In this document: in pieces, positions 40,366-55,088 of the stretch
Layout of the letters: each line of letters starts with the position of its first letter
Position numbering within the stretch: the stretch's first letter is position 1
Assembly (NCBI GenBank): GCA_964016885.1
Contig: OZ024747.1
Coordinates: forward strand, 56,916,001-56,980,000
Reading direction: 5' to 3'
DNA length: 64,000 nucleotides
Origin: Eledone cirrhosa
Taxonomy: Eukaryota
Program-made: the position numbers and the translations under genes
The notes under the pieces: generated by a model
Seen by the model: the letters and a program-made list of their open reading frames with translations, nothing else
Told to the model about the DNA's origin: nothing
The model's database searches: none

Positions 40366-40962
40366 ATATAGACCAGTTCAGGAGGATGTGAATCTAAGAT
40401 ATATATAGTGAGAGAGAGCAGGAAGATGTAAATCATAGATATATGTAGATATAGACCAATTCAGGAGAACATAAACCAAGTAGATTTGCAGAATTATTCA
40501 AATGATGGGTGAATTGTCTTGTGGTATTTGTTTTTGCTCTTTAGGTCATTATAATATGTTGTAACATGAAGAAATATTTGTTTAGTTGCAGAAAGTTCTG
40601 AGTGAAAGTTTTTAAATATATAGTTGGTATAAATGAATAATATTTGCGTTTGAAAAGAGGGTATAACCCTGAAATATTATGTTGTAATATATTGGTTAAA
40701 AACATTATTTATTTTGTTAAATTCCTCATTTATTATATCTGTTACAATGCTTCATATTAACAATAATACTTAGTATAGTTAGTGATTATTTTTTTAGGGC
40801 AGTTGATTGATTGGTAATATATATTACTGAGTGTTTAGTTTAGTAGATATTTAACCCTGTGAGCATGCAAAGAATCTGAAGAACTATTTGTGGTTTACCT
40901 TGTACATTGAATAGACATTAGCCATATCTATGTATATATCTTTCTCTATCTCTATCAAATGC

Positions 40963-41150
40963 TGGATTGGCAGTATCGGTAGAGGATCGGACACCATGCT
41001 TTGAAGCATAGAGTTACGTCCCTTTATGATCTGAGTTCAAATCCCGCCGAGGTTAACTTTGCCTTTCATCCTTATGGGGTCGATAAAATAAAGTAGCAGT
41101 AATGCACTTGATAATTGTTGGCTTTGTGCAAAAAGTAGAAACAATTATTT
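40963..41150 (+). mobile_element. tRNA-derived SINE
   Basis: Full copy of the main SINE family. Confidence 0.9.
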
Positions 41151-41274
41151 AAATAAAGAAAGATATCTTTCTCTATCTCACCCCTTCTTTTACTCTCTCT
41201 AAGGGCCTTCACTCTATTTTATTTTATAAACTATTTTATAGCATGTCCACACATGAAGACATTAATCTTTATAT

Positions 41275-41330
<56 letters not shown>

Positions 41331-42001
41331 TGTATATATATAACCAATTTTTTATCCACATGACCTCTACCGACCAATCAAAATTGTTTTGACCACAAGC
41401 ATTTTTGCAACACAAAAATAACGCTGGAGCCACTTTTTTAACATAAAAACAGGTAGAATTCCCAAAACTAATCAGATCAGAGCAAACAGCACGGACACTC
41501 TATCTCAAAATTATTTTTGAAAAGCATTTAGAAATGCGCAACCGGTAAAAACTTAAAAACTTAAAACCACAACTGAATACTAACCCCTACAATCACTAAT
41601 ACTCTTTTATTCCTAATTAAACCATTTTTCAACTGTGAACAATTTGTCAGCATTTTCTATTCCGTTTACCAATATATAATAACTTGTGTGTTACACCTCT
41701 ATTCTTTTAACTATATATATATATATATATATATAATTCAAGGTCTGCTGATGAAGCTAATGCAGAATACAGCATGTACCAAGCAGCCACAGTACTCAGC
41801 AAGTGGCAATTTGCACTTATCGGAGCTTACTTCTTTAGCAGAAACCCTGAGACAAGATGTACAAGTGCAAATGACACATTATGAATATATACTTTGTCAG
41901 CATTCTGAGACAAGTTTTGCTCGATACATGTTCAAACCATATCTCATTGAGTGAGAAAAAGTGAGAAAACTGGTTTATGGCTAATAGTTTCCTCGTCAAT
42001 T

Positions 42002-42045
<44 letters not shown>

Positions 42046-42184
42046 TCATCATCATCATCATCATCATTTTACGTCCGCTTTTCCCTGCTTGCAAGGGTTG
42101 GATGGGTCCTATTCAGCACAGCATCTCTCCACTTGTCACAGTCCTATGTCATCTCCTCGGTGAGTTAGCGATCTGAGGTAGATC

Positions 42185-42290
42185 TGAGTCCCGGGTTCAA
42201 TCCGGGGTAACCACAGTAAGTAAGGTACTCAATATAGTAGTAGAGTGTAAACATCATATTTAATATAGTCCTGTAGAAGCCATATCTATA
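42185..42290. mobile_element. Internally deleted family A element
   Basis: Family A tail joined to the distal right arm (gtcctgtagaagcc). Confidence 0.8.
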
Positions 42291-43144
42291 ATAAATATTA
42301 TATATATATTTATATATATAAAATCATATATACATACTACTTAGTAACTAATATTTGCGAAAATTGAGGTGTCTCCCCTTCCATTTTACATGTCAATGAA
42401 ACTTGTTTTCTTTCTGAAGCTAACCAGACTACAAAAGTATCCATTGAGACACACCTAATCTATAATCCATCCTCCACATAACACATACCATTACAACATT
42501 ACCTCACACCATTACTACATTACTACATTATTATAACAAACTACTAGTTTAGGAAGAAGTTGCTAACAATATATAACTTACTCTTATATTCTGTGGTAAA
42601 GCCAAAAAAATATCAAACAAAAGAAAACAAAAATAGGCAAACAAACATACATGAAAAACATTAACACAGACAGAAAGGAAAAAAAAAAATTAGATAATAA
42701 TAATAATAATAACAACAAAAATAATATTAAAATAATAATAACAATAATAATAACAATGATAACAACAACAACAATAAGAATAAGAATCTAAAAATAATTG
42801 AAAGTAAATTGAAAGAAAACCAAATAGAAGTCTATTGAATGAAAGAAAGAAAGAAAGATCATCTTTGCCGAATATTCCATTTATATACTAATATTCATAG
42901 CTTTGATTTCTTACAACTTCATACATTATTTGTTTTAATGGAGACATTGAATTACTTGTGAACAATCTCTCTTTCTCATTATCTCATACTCCCCCCCCCC
43001 CCTCTCTCTCTCTCTCATTATCTCATACTTTCTCTCTCTCTCTTAGACAGAAGAATATTTATATTGAATTCATTGCATTATACATAGATGTATATATGAA
43101 TATATTAATAAAGGTATGTAAGTGTAGTGTATGAGTAAATGTGA

Positions 43145-43186
43145 GAGTATACATACATGCTTACAAACATACATATATATATATAC

Positions 43187-43275
<89 letters not shown>

Positions 43276-43286
43276 CATATATATAT

Positions 43287-43368
<82 letters not shown>

Positions 43369-43379
43369 CATATATATAT

Positions 43380-43436
<57 letters not shown>

Positions 43437-43450
43437 TATGTATATGTATG

Positions 43451-43485
<35 letters not shown>

Positions 43486-43486
43486 G

Positions 43487-43522
<36 letters not shown>

Positions 43523-43612
43523 TATATATATATTTGTATGTATATATATATATTTGTATGTATATATATATATATATATATTTGTATATATACATATATA
43601 TATATATATATT

Positions 43613-43664
<52 letters not shown>

Positions 43665-43678
43665 TATATATATATTTG

Positions 43679-43728
<50 letters not shown>

Positions 43729-43742
43729 TATATATATATTTG

Positions 43743-43799
<57 letters not shown>

Positions 43800-43820
43800 A
43801 AATATATGTATGTACACACA
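43145..43820. repeat. Compound (TA)n microsatellite (similar fields at 8.5-11.9, 33.5-33.9, 35.9 and 60.5-61.0 kb)
   Basis: Direct reading. Confidence 0.95.
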
Positions 43821-44050
43821 TATAAGGAGAGATAGACAGGTAGGTGAGTTTATCTGTCTGTCTGTATGTACTTATGTGTATCTGTGTGTTAACTATATTT
43901 GTTTGTTTGTTTGGCCTCTGTCCATTTATATAATTATGAAATTCATGAGAATGTCTCTCATTTCAGACAAAAACCCGTAAAAATATATTAAAAAATGTGG
44001 AAAACTAAAAAGTTACAGTACAATGGGAATAAATTAAAGAATATATATAC

Positions 44051-44082
<32 letters not shown>

Positions 44083-44104
44083 GTGTGTATATATATGCAT
44101 TGTA

Positions 44105-44292
44105 TCCTTGGTTCAGTCGGGGGTAACAAGGTACTCAATACATAGTAGAGTATCAATTTTTAATATAGAAATGGCTTCTACAGGACTAGAACTGTTTCAT
44201 TCGAAGGACGTCGTTAAGAAAGGGCTTTCCTGGTGATTTCCTTCCTATGAAACAGTTCTAGGCCTTTAGAAGCCATTTATATATTAAAAATT
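44105..44292. mobile_element. Family A foldback element, decayed ribozyme core
   Basis: Tail plus inverted arms; core reads CTGGTGA and helix III is broken. Confidence 0.85.
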
Positions 44293-44304
44293 TATATATA
44301 TATA

Positions 44305-44730
44305 TGAACAAGACAAGGTCAGCCGACCAGACACAACCAGTCTAACCCATGCTATCGTGGAAGAACGGACATAAAACGGTGATGATGATAATGATATATA
44401 TATATATATATATCATCATCATCATCATCATTATCATCATCGTTTAACTTGCATGGGTTTGGACGGGAATTTTCCCACTTGAGGCAAGATTGGTTGTCTT
44501 GCTCGTATAGGACTGTCTGGCAGGTTTTCTACGGCTGGATGCCCTTCCTAACACCAACCACGTTCACAGTGTAGACTGGGAGGTTTTTACCGTATTACCT
44601 ACACGGCCATATTACAGCATGGACTGTGAGGTTTTTTGTCGTGACACCTACACGACCTCATTTATTTCGGACTGGATGTTGTGAGGGAGATGGGGTTATG
44701 TTAGCCATCCACGGCCGAAATAAAGAAGAG
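44305..44730. mobile_element. Two RTE 3' fragments tail-to-tail across a TA tract (+ 44305-44395, - 44412-44730)
   Basis: Match to RTE 3' UTRs at 39.0 and 57.8 kb. Confidence 0.85.
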
Positions 44731-44740
44731 GAGGCAATAT

Positions 44741-44980
44741 ATATTTATTAAAATAACAGATTAAAGTTTAAGCAAAGAATCGCTGTTTTCACCCTTAACG
44801 GGATCTTCTGAAACTCCCATTTCAGAAGATCCCGTTAAGGGTGAAAGCAGCGATTCTTTGCTTAAACTTTAATCTGTTATTTTAATAAATATTTGCTCTA
44901 CGGTTCTTATATATCTGATATATATTTATCCTTATCGAGCCCTCTTTGGATTTTAGTCTTCAAATTTATTATTATTACTA
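44741..44980. mobile_element. Foldback element family B (arms 44741-44813 / 44820-44892, tail to 44980)
   Basis: Near-perfect inverted repeat; second copy at 59094-59320; each arm has a CAGAAGA...GAAA hammerhead-like fold. Confidence 0.85.
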
Positions 44981-45651
44981 TATATATATATATATATAAC
45001 AAATTATAAAGTAAGAAGAAATAATAGACACAGATATATACCTATTTTTTCTTCAATGTCCCGACAGTATAGTTTTGCTGGTCAGTATGCAACAATCTTA
45101 TATCATAGAGATGCAACATTGTTGTGAGGTAAGCCAGCTTTTCAAGGGAACACCTCAGGGAAAGAGCGCTTCCAGACACATCCGTAGCAAGCGAGAAAAT
45201 CTCAAAAAGGCAGAGGCAGATATTATCACATGATACACCGGTCAAGAAAGGGGACTAAATCCCTTGTAGCAGTGAAAAATATCTCAGAAGGCAGAGGGAG
45301 ATATTGATATGATACTGAGGTTACAGAGGGGTGGTAAGGTTGACTGAAAGTGGTTATAGTGTTTGGTTAAACACACACACACACACATATTAATATTTAA
45401 CAGTGCTGTGATCGAATGTAGCTTAGATAAAAACATTCACTGGCAATAACCAGCTGTGGTTGGTCATCATGTACTTTTGCATGCCATTTGAATCCTCCTA
45501 CCGAGCTACACTCTTTACTACATGTTTGACAGGTATGATGAGTAGCATATCTGACAGCAGCCTGGTAGGTAGTCAATCACATACATACATATCATGCATT
45601 GAGATTGAAGCTAGGACCCAATAATTGTAAAATGAACTTCTTAACCATGCA

Positions 45652-45692
<41 letters not shown>

Positions 45693-45895
45693 CGTTTCTG
45701 AATTTGTTTAGCAAGATTCTTTATCTGAAAACGTGTGTTGAAACCAATATTGTTATACTTTGGGAGGGTCATGTTGCCAATAGGAAACACACGCACCACT
45801 AGCTTTCACTCCAAATTTATTATAAATTAAATTTATAAATTTCCGGTTGGTTGGTTGGTTGGTTGGTTCCACAACTGGACTGTTGTTCATATATT

Positions 45896-45936
45896 GTCAA
45901 AGTTCTTTCGTCACACATTGTGACCTCTTCAGTGAC
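45896..45936 (-). ncRNA. Minimal type I hammerhead fold (family C, left arm)
   Basis: gtca-CTGAAGA-g-GTCAC-aatgt-GTGAC-GAAA-gaac-TT-tgac. Confidence 0.7.
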
Positions 45937-46006
45937 TGGGGATTCTTTTCTTGATGGCGTAGGACAGAACAAAGGAGAGGCACAAAAACAAAGAAAAGAA
46001 TCCCCA

Positions 46007-46049
46007 GTCACTGAAGAGGTCACAGAATGTGTGACGAAACAACTTTGAC
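46007..46049 (+). ncRNA. Minimal type I hammerhead fold (family C, right arm)
   Basis: gtca-CTGAAGA-g-GTCAC-agaatgt-GTGAC-GAAA-caac-TT-tgac; helix III vestigial. Confidence 0.65.
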
Positions 46050-46197
46050 AATATATGAACAACCGTCCGGTTGTGGAACCAACCAACCAACCGGAAATTT
46101 ATAAATTCTTAAATTTATAAATTTAATTTATAATAAATTGGAGTGAAAGCAACTGGTGCGTGTGTTTCTTATTGGCAACATGACCCTCCCAAAGCAT

Positions 46198-46229
<32 letters not shown>

Positions 46230-47479
46230 CATTTATTTTGTTTTGACCTGTTTAGCTTGATTTGGTTTTTGGCTTGGGTGGTTACTGCCTTCTTGACCAC
46301 CTTATGGCTTCTTAACACATTGTTTAGCTCTGGTTTTTAACTATTGAGCACTTTGCCAGTATCATTTCTGATTTTTGCGTTTCGCTTCGCTTTTCCTGCT
46401 CGCCGAAATGCGATTCTCGCTGAATCTTTATTTATATATATATATATATCAATAGTCTTTTTGTCATAAGAAACTATAATCAATAAATTTAACTGTACTA
46501 CTGTCTTTTCTATTTAATCTTTACACACACTTTATATCTAATCTTCACTGTATGAATGACAATTCTTTTATAATCTATGACTATATTATATATAACCTTT
46601 AACATAAGTGTACTGTATACTTTAATGAATACTTGAAACATTTAAGATGAGTGTATTCAAGATAATTATATTCTTATATTGCTATTTACTATTTTCTTGA
46701 AGTGAAATTATATTTATATTTAGCTTTCTTTAAATTTACTCTATGATATATATAAAATTTAGAACATTTTAGAACATTCTAGATTGCAGGTTTTACATGA
46801 TGCCTAGTTTAACATTACTTCAAAGCTCTTGGTACTCTGTGGTCAATCGTTTTGCCAGAAATGGCAAGCAACTTTCCTTCAAATTACACTTTAAAAAGGA
46901 AGGACTACTGCCCTGAAATAAAAAGATTGTTATGGCTGGAATAACTTTAATCTTAGAACCATTTGTGGAGAAGTTACTTCCTCGTCTTTTCTTTCTCTCT
47001 CTCTCTCTCCCTCTCTCTGATTGTTTTATGCTGTGCTACAGGGCTATAACTAGATGGTTCCAGTAACATATGAGTTTTTCTCCAAGAAGAGGTAGCTATC
47101 TCCTCAGTAAATCCTTTTCTACTTCTTGAGAAAGAGATGTTGTGTGTGATCCTCCATGCCATTTCTCACAGTGAGATGTATCTGATTCAGAGAGAGGGAA
47201 ATAGGGATTGAAAGGCAAGAACAGAAGGATAGTGACATAGCTGAAGTTTGTGCCCCTAGGGCAGCTTGAGTTCCACCACAACCCCAACTCCACATACTCA
47301 ACTATATACAACATACCCCAAAGGTACTGCCTTCATAATTGTGTCATCTAGGGAAGACTGCCCCATCACATCACCCACTTATTTAGGCTACTGCAGAAAG
47401 AGAAGAATGAAGCCTGAATAAGAAGGGAAGACAACTTTGATGTCAGCAGCTCACTGGGTCTAAAGAGTGACATATCACA

Positions 47480-50250
47480 TGGTGGTTGCGATGATGGTTG
47501 TCTTGATAGTTATTGTGGTTGTGTTAGTAGTTGTGTTGATGGTTTCTAGTAATGGTTGTGGTGATGGTTGTGTTGGTAGTTGCGTTGTTGGTTTCTAGTA
47601 ATGGTTGTGTTCATTGTTGTGGGAATGATTGTTAGTGATGACTGTAATGATGGTTAAGATGATGGTTTTAAGTGATGGTTGTGGTGTGGTTGTAGTGATG
47701 GTTGTAGTGATGGTTGTGGTGTTGGTTGTAGTGATGGTTGTGGTGTTGGTTCCTATCAATATTTGTGGTGATGGTTGTGATAATAGTTTCTAGCAATGGT
47801 TGCAGTGATGGTTTTAGTGATGGTTGTGGTGTTGGTTGTGGTGTTGGTTGTAGTGATGATTGTAGTGATGGTTGTGGTGATGGTTGTAGTGTTGGTTGTG
47901 GTGTTGGTTGTGGTGATGGTTGTAGTGATGGTTGTAGTGATGGTTGTAGTGATGGTTGTGGTGATGGTTGTGGTGATGGTTGTGATTGGTTGTAGTGATG
48001 GTTGTGGTGTTCATTGTAGTGATGGTTTTAAGTGATGGTTGTAGTGTTGGTTGTAGTGATGGTTGTGGTGATGGTTGTGATTGGTTGCGGTGATGGTTGT
48101 GATTGGTTGCGGTGATGGTTGTAGTGATGGTTGTGGTGATGGTTGTGGTGTTGGTTGTGATTGGTTGCGGTGATGGTTGTAGTGATGGTTTTAAGTGATG
48201 GTTGTAGTGATGGTTGTGGTGATGGTTTTAAGTGATGGTTGTGGTGATGGTTTTAAGTGATGGTTGTGGTGATGGTTGTAGTGATGGTTGTGGTGATGGT
48301 TTTAAGTGATGGTTGTGGTGATGGTTGTAGTGATGGTTTTAAATGATGGTTGTGGTGATGGTTGTAGTGATGGTTGTGGTGTTCGTTGTAGTGATGGTTG
48401 TGGTGTTGGTTCCTATCAATATTTGTGGTGATGGTTGTGATAATAGTTTCTAGCAATGGTTGCGGTGATGGTTTTAGTGATGGTTGTGGTGTTGGTTGTG
48501 GTGTTGGTTGTGGTGATGGTTGTAGTGATGATTGTAGTGATGGTTGTAGTGTTGGTTGTGGTGATGGTTGTAGTGATGGTTGTAGTGATGGTTGTAGTGA
48601 TGGTTGTGATTGGTTGCAGTGATGGTTGTGATTGGTTGCGGTGATGGTTGTAGTGATGGTTGTGGTGATGGTTGTGGTGTTGGTTGTGATTGGTTGCGGT
48701 GATGGTTGTAGTGATGGTTGTAGTGATGGTTGTGGTGATGGTTTTAAGTGATGGTTGTAGTGATGGTTGTGGTGATGGTTTTAAGTGATGGTTGTGGTGA
48801 TGGTTGTAGTGATGGTTTTAAATGATGGTTGTGGTGATGGTTGTAGTGATGGTTGTGGTGATGGTTGTAGTGATGGTTTTAAGTGATGGTTGTGGTGATG
48901 GTTGTGGTGTTCGTTGTAGTGATGGTTTTAAGTGATGGTTGTAGTGATGGTTGTGGTGATGGTTGTAGTGATGGTTGTGGTGTTGGTTGTGGTGATGGTT
49001 GTGGTGTTGGTTGTGGTGTTGGTTGTGGTGATGGTTGTGGTGTTGGTTGTGGTGTTGGTTGTGGTGATGGTTGTAGTGATGGTTGTAGTGATGGTTGTGG
49101 TGTTCGTTGTAGTGATAGTTTTAAGTGATGGTTGTGGTGATGGTTGTAGTGATGGTTTTAAGTGATGGTTGTGGTGATGGTTGTGGTGTTCGTTGTAGTG
49201 ATGGTTTTAAGTGATGGTTGTAGTGATGGTTGTGGTGATGGTTGTAGTGATGGTTTTAAGTGATGGTTGTAGTGTTGGTTGTAGTGATGGTTGTGGTGTT
49301 GGTTGTGATTGGTTGCGGTGATGGTTGTGATTGGTTGCGGTGATGGTTTTAGTGATGGTTGTGGTGTTGGTTGTGGTGATGGTTGTGATTGGTTGCGGTG
49401 ATGGTTGTGATTGGTTGCGGTGATGGTTGTAGTGATGGTTGTGGTGTTCATTGTAGTGATGGTTTTAAGTGATGGTTGTGGTGATGGTTGTGGTGATGGT
49501 TGTGGTGATGGTTGTGGTGATGGTTGTGGTCTTGGTTATGGTGATGGTTGTAGTGATGGTTGTAGTGATGGTTGTGGTGTTGGTTGTGGTGATGGTTGTA
49601 GTGATGGTTGTAGTGATGGTTGTGGTGATGGTTGTGGTGATGGTTGTGGTCTTGGTTATGGTGATGGTTGTAGTGATGGTTGTAGTGATGGTTGTGGTGT
49701 TCGTTGTAGTGATGGTTTAAGTGATGGTTGTGGTGATGGTTTTAAGTGATGGTTGTGGTGATGGTTGTGGTGTTCGTTGTAGTGATGGTTTTAAGTAATG
49801 GTTGTAGTGATGGTTGTAGTGATGTTTGTAGTGATGGTTGTGGTGTTTGTTGTAGTGATGGTTTTAAGTAATGGTTGTAGTGATGTTTGTAGTGTTGGTT
49901 GTAGTGATGGTTTTAAGTGATGGTTGTGGTGTTGGTTCCTATCAATATTTGTGGTGGTGGTTGTGATAATAGTTTCTAGCAATGGTTGCGATGATGGTTT
50001 TAGTGATGGTTGTGGTGACGATTGTGATGACAGTTGTGGTGATGGTTGTGGTAATTGTAGTATAGGTTGTGTTGGTGGTTGTAGTATAGGTTGTGTTAGT
50101 AGTTGTAGTATAAGTTGTGTTGCTAGTTAGAGTATAGGTTGTGTTGGTAGTTGTAGTATAGATTGTATTGTTAGTTGTAGTATAGGTTGTAATGGTTGTT
50201 TATGATGATAGTAGTGTTGATGTTTATGATAATGTTTATGATATGGTTAT
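47480..50250. repeat. 12-bp-unit satellite (ggttgtRgtgat) with higher-order duplications
   Basis: Marker gttggttcctatcaatatttg recurs at ~47745, 48405, 49931. Confidence 0.92.
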
Positions 50251-51269
50251 AATGGTAGTGTGATGTTGGTATTTCTAAATGAAACTACCATTACCAGTTC
50301 TAAGAACATTTCCATGGACCAACACCACTGCTGCTGCTGTTACTCTACCATTCCGTGTCCTTCATATTCCTGGAAATAATATTCCATACTACCTTGTCGC
50401 TTTTCATTTGCAAAACTTTCGCTTAATTGAATTTTCTAATCTCTTCTTCGAAAATTTCTTCTCTGACCCCTTCTCCCCCCTCTCTCGTCCCCCTTGGACC
50501 CCTGCCCTCCCCACACATTTTCTCTCTCTCTCTCTCTCTCTCTCTCTTCCTTTCATCTTCTCTCTTCATTTTTCTCTTCTTACCACTACTCTATGCAATT
50601 TCCATATAATTCATTTCTCTCACTTCTTACTTCCCCTCTCCTATCCCCTCCACCCACCACCCACCACATTTCATCTTTCTTTTTCCCTCTCCTCCAACCA
50701 CTTTGACCACCTCCATACTACCTACTGCCTACCTTTCATTAATTTAACATACCACCAGAATCACCACCAACGACACTAACATCACCACCAATATGAACAC
50801 TTACATCATCATAACCATCGCTACAACCATCCCCACTAACATCACCACCAATATAAACATTGCCAGGAGTACTGCCAACACCAACACCACCCCCACCACC
50901 ATCATCACATCCACCACTATCATCATCACAAATATCAACACAAATCACCATCACCAGAACCAGCACCACCACCACCAGCAACACAATTTGTAACAACCTA
51001 CACAATTAACATCTGTACGAACACCACCACCATTACTACCACTTCAAACACCACCCCCATCACCACCATTACAAGCACCACTAACAATAATACTAAGACC
51101 ATCACCAACAATAGCACAACTACCACCAACATCACCTCAAACTAGACCACCGATATCAGAACCAGCTCAGCTATAGCCACAGAAGTACCAGCTTCAATCA
51201 GCACCCTCAACACTGCTACCACTAATACCACTTCCACTGACCAGCAACCTTACTAACACCATCAACAGC

Positions 51270-53750
51270 AACACCATAACCCCAAACTAACACCAATTCC
51301 ACCACTACCAACAACAACACTATAACCACAAACTAACATCACAAACACTACCCCCACTAACACAACCACCATCACCACCAACAACAACACTATTACCCCA
51401 AACTAACAACAAACCCACCACTACCATCACAAACACTACCCCCACTAACACAACCACCATCACCACCAACAACAACACTATTACCCCAAACTAACAACAA
51501 ACCCACCACTACCATCACAAACACTACCCCCACTAACACAACACCATCACCAACAACAACACTATAACCACAAACTAACAACAAACCCACCACTACCATC
51601 ACAAACACTACCCCCACTAACACAACCACCATCACCAACAACAACAACACTATAACCACAAACTAACACCAATTCCACGACTACCATCACAAACACTACC
51701 CCCACTAACACAACACCATCATCAACAACAACACTATAACCACAAACTAACAACAAACCCACCACTACCATCACAAACACTACCCCCACTAACACAACAC
51801 CATCATCAACAACAACACTATAACCACAAACTAACAACAAACCCACCACTACCATCACAAACACTACCCCCACTAACACAACCACCATCACCACCAACAA
51901 CAACACTATTACCCCAAACTAACAACAAACCCACCACTACCATCACAAACACTACCCCCACTAACACAACACCATCACCAACAACAACACTATAACCACA
52001 AACTAACAACAAACCCACCACTACCATCACAAACACTACCCCCACTAACACAACCACCATCACCAACAACAACAACACTATAACCACAAACTAACACCAA
52101 TTCCACGACTACCATCACAAACACTACCCCCACTAACACAACACCATCATCAACAACAACACTATAACCACAAACTAACAACAAACCCACCACTACCATC
52201 ACAAACACTACCCCCACTAACACAACACCATCAACAACAACAACACTATAACCACAAACTAACAACAAACCCACCACTACCATCACAAACACTACCCCCA
52301 CTAACACAACCACCATCACCAACAACAACACTATAACCACAAACTAACACCAATTCCACCACTACCATCACAAACACTACCCCCTCTAACACAACCACCA
52401 TCACCACCAACAACAACACTATAACCACAAACTAACACCAATTCCACCACTACCATCACAAACACTACCCCCACTAACACAACCACCATCACCACCAACA
52501 ACAACACTATAACCACAAACTAACACCAATTCCACCACTACCATCACAAACACTACCACCACTATGTCTTGCCAGATCCATTAACTGCAACTACCAGTAC
52601 CACATTCATCAACCATCTACACAACCACCATCACCAACAACACTATAACCACAAACTAACACCAATTCCACCACTACCATCACAAACACTACCCCCTCTA
52701 ACACAACCACCATCACCAACAACAACACTATAACCACAAACTAACACCAATTCCACCACTACCATCACAAACACTACTCCCTCTAACACAACCACCATCA
52801 CCAACAACAACACTATAACCACAAACTAACACCAATTCCACCACTACCATCACAAACACTACCCCCACTAACACAACCACCATCACCAACAACAACACTA
52901 TAACCACAAACTAACACCAATTCCACCACTACCATCACAAACACTACCCCCACTAACACAACCACCATCACCACCAACAACAACACTATAACCACAAACT
53001 AACACCAATTCCACCACTACCATCACAAACACTACCCCCTCTAACACAACCACCATCACCAACAACAACACTATAACCACAAACTAACACCAATTCCACC
53101 ACTACCATCACAAACACTACCCCCACTAACACAACCACCATCACCACCAACAACAACACTATAACCACAAACTAACACCAATTCCACCACTACCATCACA
53201 AACACTACCCCCTCTAACACAACCACCATCACCAACAACAACACTATAACCACAAACTAACACCAATTCCACCACTACCATCACAAACACTACCCCCTCT
53301 AACACAACCACCATCACCAACAACAACACTATAACCACAAACTAACACCAATTCCACCACTACCATCACAAACACTACCCCCTCTAACACAACCACCATC
53401 ACCACCAACAACAACACTATAACCACAAACTAACACCAATTCCACCACTACCATCACAAACACTACCCCCACTAACACAACCACCATCACCACCAACAAC
53501 AACACTATAACCACAAACTAACACCAATTCCACCACTACCATCACAAACACTACCACCACTATGTCTTGCCAGATCCATTAACTGCAACTACCAGTACCA
53601 CATTCATCAACCATCTACACAACCACCATCACCAACAACACTATAACCACAAACTAACACCAATTCCACCACTACCATCACAAACACTACCCCCTCTAAC
53701 ACAACCACCATCACCAACAACAACAACACTATAACCACAAACTAACATTA
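51270..53750. repeat. 85-88-bp C/A-rich minisatellite with a ~1-kb higher-order repeat
   Basis: Unit ctataaccacaaactaacaccaattccaccactaccatcacaaacactaccccc...; interruption actatgtcttgccagatcc at 52561 and 53559. Confidence 0.95.
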
Positions 53751-53819
53751 ACAGCACCACTACCACCAAACCAGCGCCATCAATATTTACACAACACCGC
53801 AACTACAACCTTCATCTAT

Positions 53820-54385
53820 GTTGGACAACATGCTTTATGACATAGAGTAATGGCCCTTTATGATCAGAGTTCAAATCCTACTGAGGCTAAATTTGCCTTT
53901 CATCCTTACGGGGGTTGATAAAATAAAGTACTAGTAATGCACTGGGGTAATTACTGGCCTTGTGCCAAAAGTAGAAACAATTATTATTAATATTATTATT
54001 ATTAGAGGGTTGGACGCCATGCTTTCTAGCATAGTTACGTCCCTTTACGGTCTGAGTTCAAATCCCACCGAGGTTAACTTTGTCTTTCATCCTTACGGGG
54101 TCGATAAAATAAAGCACCAGTAATGTACTGGGTAATTGCTGGCCTTGTGCCAAAAGTAGAAACAATTATTATTATTTTGGCAGTATCGGTAGAGCGTCAG
54201 ACGCCATGCTTTGAAGCATAGAGTTAAGGCCTTTTAAGTTCTGTGTTCAAATCCAGCCGAGGTTAGCTTAGCCTTTCATATTTACGGAGTCAATAAAATA
54301 TAGTACCAGTAATGCACTGGGGTCAATTTAATCGACATTCCCCTTCCCAAAAATTGTTGGCCATGTGCCTAAATCAAATACCAAT
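53820..54385 (+). mobile_element. Three diverged SINE copies in tandem
   Basis: Each has gttcaaatcc...gcctttcat...aaataaagtac; joined by (ATT)n tails. Confidence 0.9.
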
Positions 54386-54904
54386 ATCATTATCATCAAC
54401 ACTAATAAGAAGATAGTCCATTGACTTCTCATGTAAAATCTGTCCCCTTTCTCCTGTCACTTTATTGTCCCTTGCCCCCTATCTGTTTACCAAATCCCTT
54501 CTATTTTCTATAACATACATACCCTCACATATTTAATTCTATATTCTTACCCCTTCTCATCATGCTTCACATATCCCCCACCCCACCCCACTCATTTCTT
54601 TATATTTTATCTTACATCTCCTTCGCAACAATATTAACAATCTGTATCTCCAACACGTGTGCACACACACACATAGACATACACACATACACACAGCCTC
54701 AATCTAGCTATCCATCTATATTTCTATCTATTCATCTCCACATATTTCACACACACAGACTTACACACTCTCTCTCTCTATCTATCTATCTAGCTAGCTA
54801 TCTCTATTCATCTATCTCTCTATCTCTATCAATCTATCTAGCTAGTAAAGTCTTCTAGCTGACCATCTGCTAACGTTGTACCCTTCCATGTCTGCAATAA
54901 TCTG

Positions 54905-55088
54905 GGGTTCTTCTCTCAGAAGAGAGGTGCATCCTTGTGAGGTGGAGAGAATACTTTTCTGATCTCTTAAATCTGGTCACAACATCTGATGTACATGAGG
55001 AGCATCTAGGGGTGAAGAGTACCCTCTTTAACTGAGGTCACCAGTGCAATAAAGTGCTCAAATGTACTATGGCCTCTAGGGAGGATGA
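54905..55088 (+). pseudogene. RTE endonuclease-RT linker fragment
   Basis: Manual translation GVLLSEERCILVRWREYFSDLLN...TEVTSAIK. Confidence 0.7.

Larger units (their letters stand above)
45690..46205. mobile_element. Foldback element family C (arms 45747-45952 / 45991-46205, tail 45690-45746)
   Basis: ~205-215-bp inverted repeat inside (TA)n. Confidence 0.9.

Noticed and set aside
47480-53750. Metallothionein-like GC(S/G)D and repeated Val-rich ORFs
   Set aside because: Satellite translations with frequent stops
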